A stretch of DNA of 63,738 nt, counting the filler, from Collodictyon triciliatum (taxonomy: Eukaryota): NCBI GenBank assembly GCA_043381765.1. It is 17 parts of 17 records of this genome, joined end to end, with 100 filler letters (N's around TTAATTAATTAA, not from the genome) between each part and the next. Parts side by side here need not be neighbours in the genome. Positions count along the whole stretch, not along the records: positions 1 to 3,723 come from JBHJMP010006959.1; positions 3,824 to 7,546 come from JBHJMP010006960.1; positions 7,647 to 11,368 come from JBHJMP010006961.1; positions 11,469 to 15,188 come from JBHJMP010006962.1; 13 more parts are not named here. One strand, written 5' to 3'. Positions 1-13,500 of this stretch are shown piece after piece. Numbering within the stretch: the stretch's first letter is position 1; every line of letters starts with the position of its first letter. The translations under genes were made by a program, and so were the position numbers. Under the pieces are notes generated by a model. It worked only from the letters and a program-made list of their open reading frames with translations, was not told where the DNA came from and did not search any database.

Positions 1-102
1 TTGTTTGTTTGTTTGTTTGTTTGTTTGTTTGTTTGTTTGTTTGTTTGTTTGTTTGTTTGTTTGTTTGTTTGTTTGTTTGTTTGTTTGTTTGTTTGTTTGT
101 TT
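1..102. repeat. (TTTG)n microsatellite at contig edge
   Basis: Perfect 4-bp tandem repeat. Confidence 0.98.
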
Positions 103-907
103 CGGTTTTCAAAGTGTTTGGAATATAAGAACGCAGCAGAAAGGCATGTTGATGCTCGCATTCTTCTCATAGCCAAGGAGGCGTCTGTAGAATGGCAAAG
201 GCGCACATGTATAGAAAGACCGAAAGGCACCGTGCTCGGTTGTAATATGGGGCGGGCCAGACTGAAGAAACACGCCCGAACTCATATCCGAATCGACCTT
301 TGTAGAATATTATAGGCGAGTGGTGTGGTGTGGGTTTGGGTGCGCCATATGTTCGGGTTGTGAGCTCTCAGCAGGCTTCCAATCAGACAGCTAGACAGGG
401 TTGTTTGGTCCGCTTGTTTGTGCCTCGTTCATGTTGTGGATCGCAGCCGGAAGTGGGCTTTGCTCTTATGTCTCCGCCAATGACGATCCAGCGAAGGGCG
501 CTTATTGGGTTGTGAACGGAATGAAGGAAAAAAATCGGCCTTTGTTTGGCGCGAGAGCAAGTTTCAATCGCAGTCCATAGGCGGCATCACGAAAATAAAT
601 CCCGTTTTGTCACATTCTCAACCAATTCATAATGCCTCGATTCGATGGGGCTTAAGTGTCATGCTACGTGCATCTGATTAATCCTGATGAGTTATTATAA
701 TGGTAGTTAATACCGCTTTTTATCAATCGATACCATAAATGTTCTCTTTGGAAATGCATAATTAAATTATGTTTTAAATTCCACAAAAAAAAGCGTTACG
801 ACCTTAATCTGGTGTTCTCTCCAAGGGAAGGAGCTCTTCCTCAATCTGGGTGGCTCGTTTGTGCGTGTGATGAGTTTCAGCATCTGGCAAGACTTTTGGC
901 TTCAGAT

Positions 908-1600
908 TCCTCTTTATCCGATTCAAAGTGCAGCGAGGTTATGACATAGAAGGTACTGGTAGAGATGGTAGAGAGCAAACGCGAGTAGGAGAAGACACTG
1001 TGCAGAGGGTAGCACTGGAAAGAAGTCAGTGATAGCGAATTGGTCAGGTGGGCGACCCAACTGGTTGATTGGTTGCGTATGTAGCAGGGGTTGGATAAGT
1101 TGCGGGAGATATCGCACGACACATTCCCAACATCTCTCTTCGCTTGCGGTCAGAGTAGCGAAGAATGCGGCCGTGTTCCAGCAAGCTGTTCAGGAAGCTG
1201 TATTGCACGAGGCTTTCAAGCCTGGATACATTGATTTCTCGTTCGGGTGAATCGCTCACATCAGTATTTATAAAGCACACACTCTCCATAAGAACCACCG
1301 CATGTATCCCCTTCTAACTGTTCAGAGTGTTCTAGAGTCGTGGGTCATTTGGTATTGTGCGCCAAATAGAATGTCCGTATTTGATTCTACAATCGCAAGA
1401 AACATGCCAACGGCACTCCATATGAAATGGAGCGATGTGAGCGGCATTCTCGTTTGTTGTTCAGAACGGCTGTAGTTCGTGTTTCATCCATGGAGTGGGA
1501 CATCAGTGTATTTATCAGCGGTGCAAAGCCCCTATCCTTTTGGGCAGTGGATTCTTGAAGAAAGCAGCTCATTGTTCCTTCTCTCGACTCGATGACACAA
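908..1600 (-). mobile_element. Decayed non-LTR retrotransposon 3' part (ORF2 C-terminus remnant plus ~230-bp 3' end)
   Basis: 908-1135 matches the repeats at 2039-2260, 7014-7217 and 27159-27402 and ends in a TTTGAATCG(G/A)ATAAAG-type tail. The upstream minus strand reads DILFG...TL*TVRRGYMRWFLWR, resembling the WxxWxxR C-terminal motif of L1/Tx1-type ORF2. The upstream limit is approximate. Confidence 0.6.
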
Positions 1601-1706
1601 AGGCCTTTTGCTCTATCCCAGCAGAATTGACCGTCGAAGACTTCATTTGAGTAGACTCACGAATTTCAGGGTTTATTTTTATCCACATATATTACTTTTT
1701 TTAAAA

Positions 1707-2260
1707 CCCCGCAAAGGCTCACAGCAGATGCACGCATACAGCGACAGCGACGACGACATGGAAGGAAATCACGGTTCCTCTTCAGAATCCTCGCACTCGA
1801 GCCATCCACCGCCACCACCGGACAGGCCCGCACATCGCAAGACCCAAGAGCAGCGCATCTCCAAACCCCGAAAGAAATGTCCCCTTTAAACTACCCATTC
1901 AGACTGACGTGAATATGGTTAACATAGGAGGCCTCAAGACAGTCTTTGTTACTTATCCGAAAAGATACTCCAAAGCGAAGGCAATACAAGAACCAGCGCC
2001 CACCAAAGATAGTCCGTTTATCCTGCCCCAACCCATCGTGGGAAGGTGTCGTGCGACATCACCCACAGCATATCCAACCCCCGCAACCCACGCAACCAAT
2101 CAACTAGTTGGGAAGCCTACCTAACCAACTCGCTATCACTGATTTCTTTCCAGTGCTAGACTTCTCTTACTCGCATTTGCTCTCTACCATGCGCACCTAT
2201 CTCACCCCTTTGTATGGCATAACCTCGTTGCACTTTGAATCAAATAAAGGGAAAAAAAAA
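1707..2260 (+). mobile_element. Internally deleted non-LTR element (ORF1-like fragment fused to the family 3' end and poly(A))
   Basis: 1707-2038 aligns closely with the reverse complement of 14615-14945 (AYSDSDDDMEG..SSSESSHSS..PAHRKT..ISKPRKK). From 2039 it switches to the shared 3' end, finishing TTTGAATCAAATAAAGGG-A9. Confidence 0.75.
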
Positions 2261-3723
2261 GTACCAGTGTATTAACTCAGTAAATTCTTCTGGATGATGA
2301 ATAGACCGTATGGTAGCTTGCGTTTGACTTAAACGTTTCCTCTTTTCTATGGGATAATCACAAAACTGCATCTCTTTGTATCGGCTTCGTTTTGGCCCTT
2401 AGGAATAGAGGAGAAAGGCTGTACTCTGTGGTTGGTATGGTTCGAGTTCAGGTAGTATTACAAGCTCCTTTTTACTTTTTTTTTTTGGTGAGGATGCTCC
2501 TCGTACGATTGTTCTGGTTGATAGAGGACAAGATATTCAAGTGCTCTACGTTGGAAGGGTTACGCACTGACCATCTATCTTTATTGTCCTCTTGTGCGTT
2601 GTGAATCTGTCGTTAGGATTGTTAGCGGGGTCATTGTAAAAATACGGGTTAATGGGGTTGGTGTTTCAGACCTTTTCAAGGCTTGTGTGGATGAAAGAAC
2701 TTTGTTCCTAAAAGCCCCTTTGTAAATTTTGGTGATTTCATATGTGTTTTGGCATTATTTTGTGGGTATTCATTAAGCAGCCCGTGACATCCAACGCGAA
2801 AATCATAAGGAAACTCTGGGCGGTAAGAGAAAAAAATTGCGCTGTGCCATGCGCTATTCAATGGCCGAAATAAAGACATATTCAATGAAATTATCTACAA
2901 ATAGATAATATAGTGAACACAGCCACAATCCCGTTCCCTAGTTCCCGTAACTCTCAATGAATATTTCTTAAAAAGTCTATTTTCTAATTTTTTAAAAATC
3001 GCGGCACAGAATGTCAATTTCAGTCGGGAGGGATTCACAACGGCCATCTGCCGTGACATGAAACGTTATTGAAACGCATTTCATCCCATTTTGCCCGCGA
3101 ATTTCAACCTAAATACGGAAAATAATAAATAAATGATTTTTTATGTTGAAGAATGTAAATCATGAGCACTGAAAGGGATACTCTGCATAGTTTATGAATA
3201 ATCTGCGCTAACAAGAGATCTTTTTCCTTTGCTCGCTGCATGTAGCCCCATAATTTACATCCAGGCGCTTTAGATTGCGAATTGATACGAGTCACGAGAA
3301 TTATCGCGGCACGTTGCAGCAATAAAAAAAGACAACCACCACTGCGCCAAACTAGTCATTTCTTTGTTTCACGTAAAAGGGTTATGGAGGTTAAAAAGCC
3401 GAAGAAATTGCCATTGCCTTTGGGACAAGCAGTATGCTCCGGACAGGTGGTAGAAACTTGCATCTTGTGGGCTTCAGTTTTGTTACTTTGAGGTAAGAAA
3501 ACACAAAAAAAGAGAAAGAGAAAACTGGCACACAGGAGGCGACCACCCCTACCAAGTGGGTATTCTCCGACACGCTTTCTAAGGTCAGTTTGTTTTTACA
3601 ACAAGATAGTTAGGTGCTCTTCGTTCGACAATCATAAAAAGGATAAACTGTGCTACGTTTCTGCCTTTTCTGTTGACCAAAACTAAAAAAAACTAAAAAA
3701 AAAACTAAAAAAAAAACTAAAAA

Positions 3724-3823
3724 NNNNNNNNNNNNNNNNNNNNNNNNNNNNNNNNNNNNNNNNNNNNTTAATTAATTAANNNNNNNNNNNNNNNNNNNNN
3801 NNNNNNNNNNNNNNNNNNNNNNN
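3724..3823. other. Artificial contig linker (N-run + TTAATTAATTAA + N-run), first of 16
   Basis: The same ~100-bp spacer with six-frame stops also starts near 7547, 11369, 15189, 19009, 22827, 26645, 30484, 34298, 38110, 41940, 45757, 49568, 53379, 57187 and 60994. Contigs are all ~3.7 kb, consistent with size-sorted unplaced contigs. Confidence 0.98.
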
Positions 3824-3923
<100 letters not shown>

Positions 3924-4993
3924 TTTTTTTTTTTGGTTTTTTTTATTGGTTTTTTTTATTGGTTTTTTTTATTGGTTTTTTTTATTGGTTTTTTTTATTG
4001 GTTTTACGTCTGCTTTTGGATCTGGATTCTACACGCCAAACACCTTGCAACGGCCGGGAGAGCATAATCATTAGTTTATACAAGAGAAGGGATAACGGCC
4101 TAAACAACCAGAGACAAAGCCAGGTGAATCGCAGCCCAGAAAGCTACAACCGCAGAATCGTTCTCGAAGCGAATGACCGCAGCACCAAGTCTATCATTGA
4201 GGCCGTGTTGGGCCTTTGACGAACCTGACGCAGCACCCCAAGTGAGTGAATTCATTTCTTTTTTTCTGTCTTTGTATATTCCCCTTTCATTCGCTATTTC
4301 TTTGTGTTTTGTGGAAGGCGCATCCATCTCTTTGAAGCAAATGCTGTCGGCGAATTGATCTCTCTTACAAAATACATACATAAATGACGTTGTTTTACAA
4401 TCGCGTTGCGCTTGTAGCAATGAATGAGCACGTTTTGTTTGTATGTGAATTGTTCTGTTTTTCCCCTATTCGACTCAAAGATTGTATTTGTATTCAATAT
4501 AACACAAATATTGTTTATTCGTTCAAGTTAAATAAAATAAAACTATAACATGTTTGTCGAGCACGAGGGTTTTACCTTTAGTTTATCTCATGCCACTAAT
4601 TAATGCTCTGGTAAGCCCAGCTTTTCCAGTCGCCTAACAGTCGAAGAACACCACGTATGCGTGATGAGTACCAGGCATGGGATTTCCTAAAAGCACGCGA
4701 AGCGCAAGATATTGTAGACCCACCCGTCAGAACCGGAAGAAAGCAATCTCCACGAAGCTACACATGCGCATCATATAACATAATTGCACCTTCTGTGGGT
4801 GCTTCTAATATCATTTCCAAATAAAAAAAAAAGGGTTGTGTGTGGAGACTTAACATGCATTGTTGCATATACTTTTCTTATCCTCAAATATGCTTTTAAA
4901 CTACAAAAAAAAAAAAATGAGGAAGTTTTTCCTTCATCCGAACCAAGGGATAGAAAAATGTGAATATCTTTTATTTATTCAAAATACACTTAG

Positions 4994-5852
4994 CCACCCT
5001 CTGAATATGTGGAACCTGCTGCATTCAAAGTAGCAAATATTACTGAACTAGCTTCTCCTGTGAAACCACACGGTGTGAAAAAAGTTCCGCGACCGCCTTC
5101 TTCTATAAAGACAACAGAGCAATTATCCACCGGACAGATACATGGAGATGTAGGCGATGCATTAATTTGAAATCCAAATCCAATTCCTCTCGTAGGTTGA
5201 CATGACTTTGTTTTTATATATTGTATCTGTTAAGTAAATTGTATCACTACGTTACAAAAGGATTCTAGAAATGAATCTTCCAAACACTACAGAGGGAGGC
5301 CAATTTTGATTACGGAGGGAGGATGCAAGAAAAAAGTAAATGGTCCTGCCTCAACTCAAGAGTCTATGCAAGTAAGTATGAATAGCCTATATGGTCGCAT
5401 ATTGTGTGCAAATATACGAAGAGATTATATCGTTTATGTTTTGATTTGAAATTTAAAGTAAACATTAACAGAAAAAATCCCACTTTTGTCCTTCAATAGG
5501 ATAAACTGCGAGCCGAGCGAGGGAAAGATTACTACCAAATTATCTCTATAGCAGAACTCGCTCACGACTCCCCACAAAAGAGTACCCAGATAGTCTGTGC
5601 TATTTTAATTTTTTATTGTTCTCCTCACTTTGAGCATGATGAATGGTATATTATGTTTTTTTACAGATTATTTTATTGATATTTAAAGGATTTATGGTTA
5701 TTTTTAAATTATTTGTAATAAATGCGATCGATTATATTAAAAAGTCAACACACAGAAACCGCACTCCTCAGAACCCAACATCGATCTTATTACGCATGTA
5801 AACCATCAAGCACCAACACTGGTGGCAGAGCCTGAAACAGATTCCACTCAAN
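4994..5852 (+). CDS. Hypothetical multi-exon protein fragment
   Basis: Consecutive stop-free segments bounded by AG/GT (PPSEYVEPAAFK..., DSRNESSKHY..., DKLRAERGKDYY..., VNTQKPHSSEP...) run into a gap. No recognisable domain. Confidence 0.4.
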
Positions 5853-7013
5853 NNNNNNNNNNNNNNNNNNNNNNNNNNNNNNNNNNNNNNNNNNNNNNNN
5901 NNNNNNNNNNNNNNNNNNNNNNNNNNNNNNNNNNNNNNNNNNNNNNNNNNNNNNNNNNNNNNNNNNNNNNNNNNNNNNNNNNNNNNNNNNNNNNNNNNNN
6001 NNNNNNNNNNNNNNNNNNNNNNNNNNNNNNNNNNNNNNNNNNNNNNNNNNNNNNNNNNNNNNNNNNNNNNNNNNNNNNNNNNNNNNNNNNNNNNNNNNNN
6101 NNNNNNNNNNNNNNNNNNNNNNNNNNNNNNNNNNNNNNNNNNNNNNNNNNNNNNNNNNNNNNNNNNNNNNNNNNNNNNNNNNNNNNNNNNNNNNNNNNNN
6201 NNNNNNNNNNNNNNNNNNNNNNNNNNNNNNNNNNNNNNNNNNNNNNNNNNNNNNNNNNNNNNNNNNNNNNNNNNNNNNNNNNNNNNNNNNNNNNNNNNNN
6301 NNNNNNNNNNNNNNNNNNNNNNNNNNNNNNNNNNNNNNNNNNNNNNNNNNNNNNNNNNNNNNNNNNNNNNNNNNNNNNNNNNNNNNNNNNNNNNNNNNNN
6401 NNNAAACTGGTGTGACTTGACAGAATTTTATCCTTTTTTTCAGGGTGATTGTTTTTGTTATTAAATCATTATTGATTGACCAAATCGTGGATTAAAATGA
6501 CACAAGGATGATTCAAGATTGTTTGGACCTCACATGCGCCGGGTTAACCCAAGTACTAAAGTAGATGCTTGGGATGACTCGAATGACCGAACGGGTGTTC
6601 GCCTTATTGAGTAAGAGATTTACATTCCATAGTGTGCTTCAAGAAGACATCACTTTTCATGTTTAGTTGAGTAAGGGCTGTAAATAGACACAATCATGTC
6701 AACCTCAAAATAAATGTGTTTACGTTTCATCCGTTTTGACTGCTACAATAGTCCTCCAGATAAACAACCCAAACCTCTTTCTCCTCATCGTGCGCTTTAC
6801 AGGCCACCGACTTCTCTTGGGCGGTCTCAAGGTTAAATTTCCTTATGTGTACTACTGGAACAGGACAGCTAATAATTATATCTCTATAAACTCAAATGAA
6901 GGCCCCGGGGGCAATGAAATCCAAAAATGGAACTCCGCATCCATTTATGCAGCATCAGGATTGGCATCGATGATGCAGTCACAAGAGATGCAGAAATCAA
7001 AGTAGCAAGCCCA

Positions 7014-7217
7014 CAACCCCTGCTAGCCATGCAACCAATCGATCAGTTGGGTCGCCCACCTGACCAACTCGCTATCACTGATTTCTTTCCGATTCTAGCG
7101 TCTCAACAGTAGTGTCTTCTACTACTCGCGTTTGCTCTCTACCATCCACACATATCTCGTCCCTTTGTATGGCATGGTCTCACTGCACTTTGAATCGAAT
7201 AAAGGAGAGGGAAAAAA
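7014..7217 (+). mobile_element. 5'-truncated non-LTR element 3' end with target-site duplication
   Basis: Homologous to the shared ~230-bp 3' end and ends TTTGAATCGAATAAAGGAGAGGG-A6. Flanked by the direct repeat AAAGTAGCAAG at 6999-7009 and 7215-7225. Confidence 0.8.
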
Positions 7218-7966
7218 GTAGCAAGGCCAATTTGACGATTCTTAAATCTATCCTCCTCGCTGAGAAACTTAACATGATAGAAAGCAGTGACCACATGTTC
7301 AAATTACCAATAAGTACGGGCTTCCTTTCATTAAAGATACTTTATGAATAACGGTTTTTCTATGACATTCCATATGTTTTGTAAGATTTTTCCATTAAGT
7401 TTTTATTTTAATAAGTAGTTTCCTTTTTTTTATCTTTTTTTATCTTTTTTCTTATCTTTTTTTCTTATCTTTTTTTCTTATCTTTTTTTCTTATCTTTTT
7501 TTCTTATCTTTTTTTCTTATCTTTTTTTCTTATCTTTTTTTCTTATNNNNNNNNNNNNNNNNNNNNNNNNNNNNNNNNNNNNNNNNNNNNTTAATTAATT
7601 AANNNNNNNNNNNNNNNNNNNNNNNNNNNNNNNNNNNNNNNNNNNNAAACAAACAAACAAACAAACAAACAAACAAACAAACAAACAAACAAACAAACAA
7701 ACAAACAAACAAACAAACAAACAAACAAACAAATTGCAAATACCTTTTGCGTAGCATTACGTATATCTTTTACTATTTTGTTTTATTTCATTTAATTCTC
7801 TTTTTTTTTTTAATATATAAATAAAAATATTCAGCATGCAAGTAACTGCTTCTCTCTTTGTGTTTATTTTTATTTTCTCTTTTATTGGTGCGGCTGAAGC
7901 CGCCGGTCATCACCCACGCCGATGCAGGTGGAAAAGGGGTGATGTGTTTTGGATGTGGTATCCTGT

Positions 7967-10538
7967 TCAGCTGCTGGCGGCATCTTTAATCGCCTTCAGC
8001 ACTGGTCTGAGTTGAAACTCTGGGAGACTGAAGGGCTTTTTCGCCAGGTCGTCCTTGGTCAAGGACACAAACTCTGCCCCACTAATGCCGGACGTCTCGA
8101 TTGACTTCAGGATGGCTGGTCCGATGCCTTTGTCTTCCAAGTACTTCACCAGCTCAGTGTTGCTCATATCATGGACTCTTCTTTCCTCCTCCGATGCCGT
8201 CGCCTTCTGTGGTGTGGGTGACGGTGATGTTGGCGATGGGTTCTGCACAACTGGCTGTGCTTCTGCTGTTGTTGTGGGCTGGACAGCTGCCGAGTTCAGG
8301 CCACTCTCAACATCTTGCAGTCTAGAGATGAGACTCGCGGCAGTGGGGCGCTTGACAGGGTCATTATCCCAGCATTCTGCCATCAGCAGAGACAGTGCCG
8401 CTGGGCAACTCTCTGGGATTGTCATCGTCGATGACTTTGTTTTTTCCAACTTCATCTGCTCAGAGGTCATACCGTCGAAAGGTCTTTTGGCAGTCATCAT
8501 CGCCCACAGGACAAGACCGAAGGAGTATATGTCACTTTTGGTTGTGTGCACTTTGAGATGGAATGTCTCAGGCGCGGTGTAATGATATGCCTTTTGCAAG
8601 GTGGCAGTGTCGAGGAGATTGGTGCGAGTTTTGGTCAAGCCAAAGTCACATATCTTTGCAACATCCGAAGAGACCAAGATATTCTCTGGTCTCAGGTCCC
8701 CGTGCACAATAAGGGGTGTGCAATTATGGAGGTAGTTTAATGCCTCGCTAATGTGAATGGCAAAAAGCGTGTATCTCTCCTTGGGGAATGGGCCTCCGTG
8801 ATGAAGCCATTTCCAAACAGACACGTTGTCGGCGAAGTCAGTGATTAAAAAAACGCTTTGGTTTAGGCATCCATACGCCAACACGCGCAGAATGTTTTTG
8901 TGTCGAGCAGAGATTAACAGTTCCAAGGGTTTGGTGAGTTGCTGGTACTCTGTTGAGTTTGGCGCTGCCTCTTTCTTCAAAACCCTGACAGCAACTGGGA
9001 CCTTATTGAATAAACTTTTGTAGGTTACACCCATAGCACCAGTACCAACCTTTTCAAGCGATTTTAAGTCAAGGGCAAGGATTTGCTTGTAGTCGCTGTT
9101 TTCTGGTGTTATGATGCCTGAGGGTTTGGTTTATGCTGGGTAAGAAACAAGAATTTGGAAAAAAGACTGATCTCATGAGGTAGGAAAATAATAGAGAAAA
9201 AATGGACAAAGATTATAGAATTGTTTTCTTTTGTTCTCCGTTGTTGTTTCTTTCATTTTTTTTTATCGTCCCATATGGATATTAAAAAAAACCTGTTGTT
9301 TCATTGGCGGCACCCTGCACAAACGAAGGAAAAGGTGTCAGTTGGAATTTCAGATAAGAAAAAGACATAAATAGGGGTGAGATTTGAATGCAAAGGAGAT
9401 ATGGCTTACTGGTTCGTACAACTTGAGCTTTCTTAAAGCAACTCCACTTGCAATCTCCCCGAAATTAAACTGTGAACCCATATCTTCCCAGCTGGCGATG
9501 GCTGTGATACCTTGCGGGGCGGTCTTCACGGTCGGTGGTCCTGCTCCTTCTATTATAAGCTTCCGAAGCCCTTTCAGAGTCGATATCACTGGAGGGAGTT
9601 CGACAATCTAAAGTTTGCGTTTGATATATTTCATGTATCAGATGCTGTTAAAGGCTTTTCGATTCATTAGAACTGTTTTTTTTTTTATCCAAAGCAAAGA
9701 AAGAGGAATGGCAACACCCTGGGAAAATATTTGAGTTGAAAAAAAGTCGTCTTTGACTGTTTGCCTCGTCATTATTTTCGGAGCGTGCAAGGGAATAATT
9801 TTTCTTTTAAAAAAAAAGAATGGAACTCATAGGCAGAATAAAGCATAGGAAAAAGCAAACCTGGTTATCAGCAATGTTCAGCTCAATCAATTCTTGAAGC
9901 TTTGACATCCCATCAGGCAGCGAGCTCAGCTGGTTCTCGTTCAAATACAGTCTCATGAGCCCAGGCATCTTGGATATGTCTGACGGAAGAGCAGATATCT
10001 TGTTTTGTCGAAGGTCCAAATGGGACACCCAGAATAGGCTGGTCATTCCGATAGGGAATTCAGTCAGCTGATTTCTACGAGCCTCGAGACGAACAAGATC
10101 GTTGAGCTTGTGCACTGAGAAGCTGGTTAGTTGATTATCGGAGACGTCCAGTTCACTGAGAACTGCCATGGTGGATATCTCGAGCGGGAGGCTGGAGAGC
10201 AGGTTATTGGACACGTTGAGAAAAGACAAGAGCGTCAGCGTTGAGATTTCCTTGGGCAGGGACACCAGGCGATTGAAAGAGAGAAACAGACTCGTGAGGT
10301 TGGTTAACAAGGAAATCTCCTTTGGCAAGGAAGACACAAGGGTCTGCATAAGAATCAGGTCTGCAAGCTGGACCAACTCGCAGACGTAGATGGGGAATGT
10401 GACCGCTTCCTCATCACTCACGAAGATGCTACGGGAATGCTCGAGCGGGTTGGACTCGCTAAAGTCTCGGCGCGACGAGTTCTGCACAACTTTCATAGCG
10501 AGGAGCTGCTCTCTTGCGCTTGGGTTTGCGTCGGACAT
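7967..10538 (-). CDS. LRR - TKL-like (pseudo)kinase - SAM domain protein, 4 exons
   Basis: Approximate exons: 10538-9861 (LRRs, LxxLxLSxNxLxSLP), 9607-9410, ~9314-9293, 9117-7967. Kinase motifs GTGAMG, VAVR, HGDLRPEN, DFG, YTAPE, SDIYSFG. SAM-like C-terminus (ISGAEFVSLTKDDL..VLKAIKD). GT-AG junctions keep frame. Confidence 0.88.
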
Positions 10539-13500
10539 CTCGCTGGTACTGGGGAGTCTGTGTAGCGTTTAGGGTGTGAGTCATGAGAAAGCCAAAGGCA
10601 GGAAAGAAAGCGGAAGAGAAGGAAAGGTAACTCAATTCGAGTCAAGCTGTGAAGCTATTCCACAAGGCTACTTGTGTCACAGCATCTTCATATTGCCTGA
10701 TAAAGAAGCAAGTGTTGGCCTGGGCGCCTCTGATCGACCTGTCACAAGTTGACAACTATTACCAGAAAAAAAGGGAGAGATATGGAGTCTTGGCGACGCG
10801 AAGAGCTCTGGCACTGGATGCCTCACTTTTCCCGGGATAGGACGAGTCCATGTTTCGTTGTTAAAGTGGTTAATATATGTCCCGACTCGCAAATCTAACC
10901 ACAGAGACTTTGGTGGTCCATTTTATAAATGCCAACCCAATAAAGATTATTGTTGCGTTCTCTGCAATGACGCAAGTTGTGACGCAGGTATTTTACGTCA
11001 ACGAGTCTGTGACATAGAAAATGTGCGTCATTGGGAATTGGGAAGGAAGAAAAGAGAAGGCTTCATATACAAATGCGGAAAATATATAAATATCATGTTT
11101 TATTGGTAAACATACTTGAATAGAATGTGCGTAATCCACGTTTATCCATAGCATCAGATATTGTATCCATACTAATGATGTTTTCATGATTTCCCCAAGC
11201 GGAGCCTATTTTTGTCACTGGCCTCCCACCGTCGTCGAATGTATTTTTGTTCTTGGGCTTAACTGGTTCGTAAGATCGAAGTTTAAAAAAAACAAAAAAC
11301 AAAAAACAAAAAACAAAAAACAAAAAACAAAAAACAAAAAACAAAAAACAAAAAACAAAAAAAAAAAANNNNNNNNNNNNNNNNNNNNNNNNNNNNNNNN
11401 NNNNNNNNNNNNTTAATTAATTAANNNNNNNNNNNNNNNNNNNNNNNNNNNNNNNNNNNNNNNNNNNNACTAGCCTCGATGGATGCAAATAAATCTAGAA
11501 GATTCTTCGGAAATATTCCGGTTTTATTATTCAAAGGTAACCATCACTTATATCGCAAACTATAAATATACATCAGGATTTGCAAGACCAAAACAACATC
11601 TTCCCGAATTAGAGAGTTTGTTCGTATGCTATTGCAACTTGTAGGCTTTGGGGACAAAATATATAAAAACTTCAAGGATAACTTCAGATTTTATAAAGAA
11701 TTACAATATAAATGATTTAAATCAAAGATATAAAGATATAGGAAACGCCAAGAAAAAGATAACGTAGATGAATCTAAGGTCACAGGGTTTGAGCAAAGAA
11801 TTATTTGCGGTAGTAGGCTCATTCTTTGTGACGACCCTGGTGAGAGTGATGGGCGCAATACAAACCAGCATGCAGTTTTTTTTACAGATAACGCGTTTCA
11901 CTTGGGCAAATATCTTCAGATGCGTTTAGAATGCGCCATATTCCATTTTGACGCGCTTGCATCGGCTTTTTATAATCTGTACTGGTTTGCCCGTGGTAAG
12001 CATATGCCTGAACAGCAGTAGATATGTCTTGTTTCCCAATAACCTATTTTTTCTTCATCTATATTGTCAGTTCACCCCAGTCTTTCAATTTTACTGTGTA
12101 GCCTGCTGCTTCCCCTTCCTTAAACTCAGTTTCAAACCCATTATTGTGGCAGAATACGCAGCGATAGCGGAAAGATAGTCTTCACACGAAAATACTTTAA
12201 CGTTTGTCATTTTTTGTATGTAGTAAAAACAAATACAACAAATCAATTTTATAATATTTTACCCAAAAGCGAGTGGTTGATGAGTCCCTTCCCCTCTACA
12301 ATATCCCTATCTCATTATCCCTGGTCAAAATGGTTCAGAAAATTGTCTTCTTTTCTTATTTTCCTTTTTATCCACTTTTCAAACTTTTCAAGAAAGATGG
12401 GTAAAGATGTGGTATATAATGAAGAGGGCAAAACTACCCCCTCCCCACTTTTGTGCCAACTAAGCTCCAGCGTGCAGCAAGTCTTTCTGTCTTGAACTCG
12501 ACTCTCCTCCATAACACCAACTTTGTTTCAAATGGTCGATGCATATTTCCACACACTCTATCACTAACACGCAAGTCATAAGTAATGAGAATGTCATAAT
12601 CGGTTCCATTACTTAAATTATGATTTTATTCTATGCAGAAAGTCTACTGCTGGTTGGATTGAATTTCGAGGACGACGTCGTACAGCGATGCAACAATAAC
12701 ACTGTAATTAATACCTGTGGTCGATGGTCATCAAACCCTAATGTCAAACTCGTTAAGCCTGAGCCTGACGACTTAATATCTGAGCTTACAACTTTCCTCC
12801 AACTGCGTCAAAAATTGGCAGAGATTAATCCAATGCACAACTGACGATTGAATCCACATCCAGTTTCACACACGAAACAAAGTCCGTCGGTAAGTGAATC
12901 ATTCCTGAATTAGCGACAATATTTAAAGGATTTTGTGATGCAGAAAAATTAACATTAAATGGTTTTGTAGAAACAACTCTAACAAAAAAAATTGCAAAAA
13001 CAGTAGCTACGACCTCATTATCTGCAGCACCAACAACAGCAGCGGCAGTAGTTCTAGATGTATATGGTAAAACCACATTAACTCCATAAAATTTTCTCCT
13101 GAAAATCCACTTCTATCATGATTAGGTAATATTCCGACAATTTGTGTTAATTGGATGCTGGTGGGATAATTCTATTCGCGACTCGAAACTCGAGCCTTCG
13201 ATTGAATGGAGAAGTATGTGAGCCAGGCCAAAACCTGTCGACTATCGTACGCAAAATGCCCAGTATATTCTGACCTCACAAAATTGAATCCCATTCCCTT
13301 TTAAGACTCCAAAATGACTTTAGGAGCCGAATCCTCGCATTCCATGGATTGCAGTGGATAATACATAGTACTCAACTGCAACTGAGTCGTTTTCAAATTC
13401 AAGAAGCAGGTGCTCTCTGTCTTTGCCAGCGACGTTTAACTTGCCTTGCTATTCAGTACGAAAAAATGACACAAATACCGCTTTCAAACTCTTGACTATT

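Noticed and set aside
1-315. Low-complexity ORFs (FVCL, poly-F, poly-K, poly-N, poly-I) here and at many contig edges
   Set aside because: They are translations of microsatellites, homopolymers and N gaps.
908-1135. ~230-bp multicopy repeat as an snRNA, snoRNA or tRNA gene
   Set aside because: No recognisable U-RNA, 5S or tRNA motifs. The AATAAA plus poly(A), 5' truncations and TSDs point to a retroelement end.
10858-11109. FYKC motif suggesting a GRF zinc finger
   Set aside because: Too short and degenerate to support a call.
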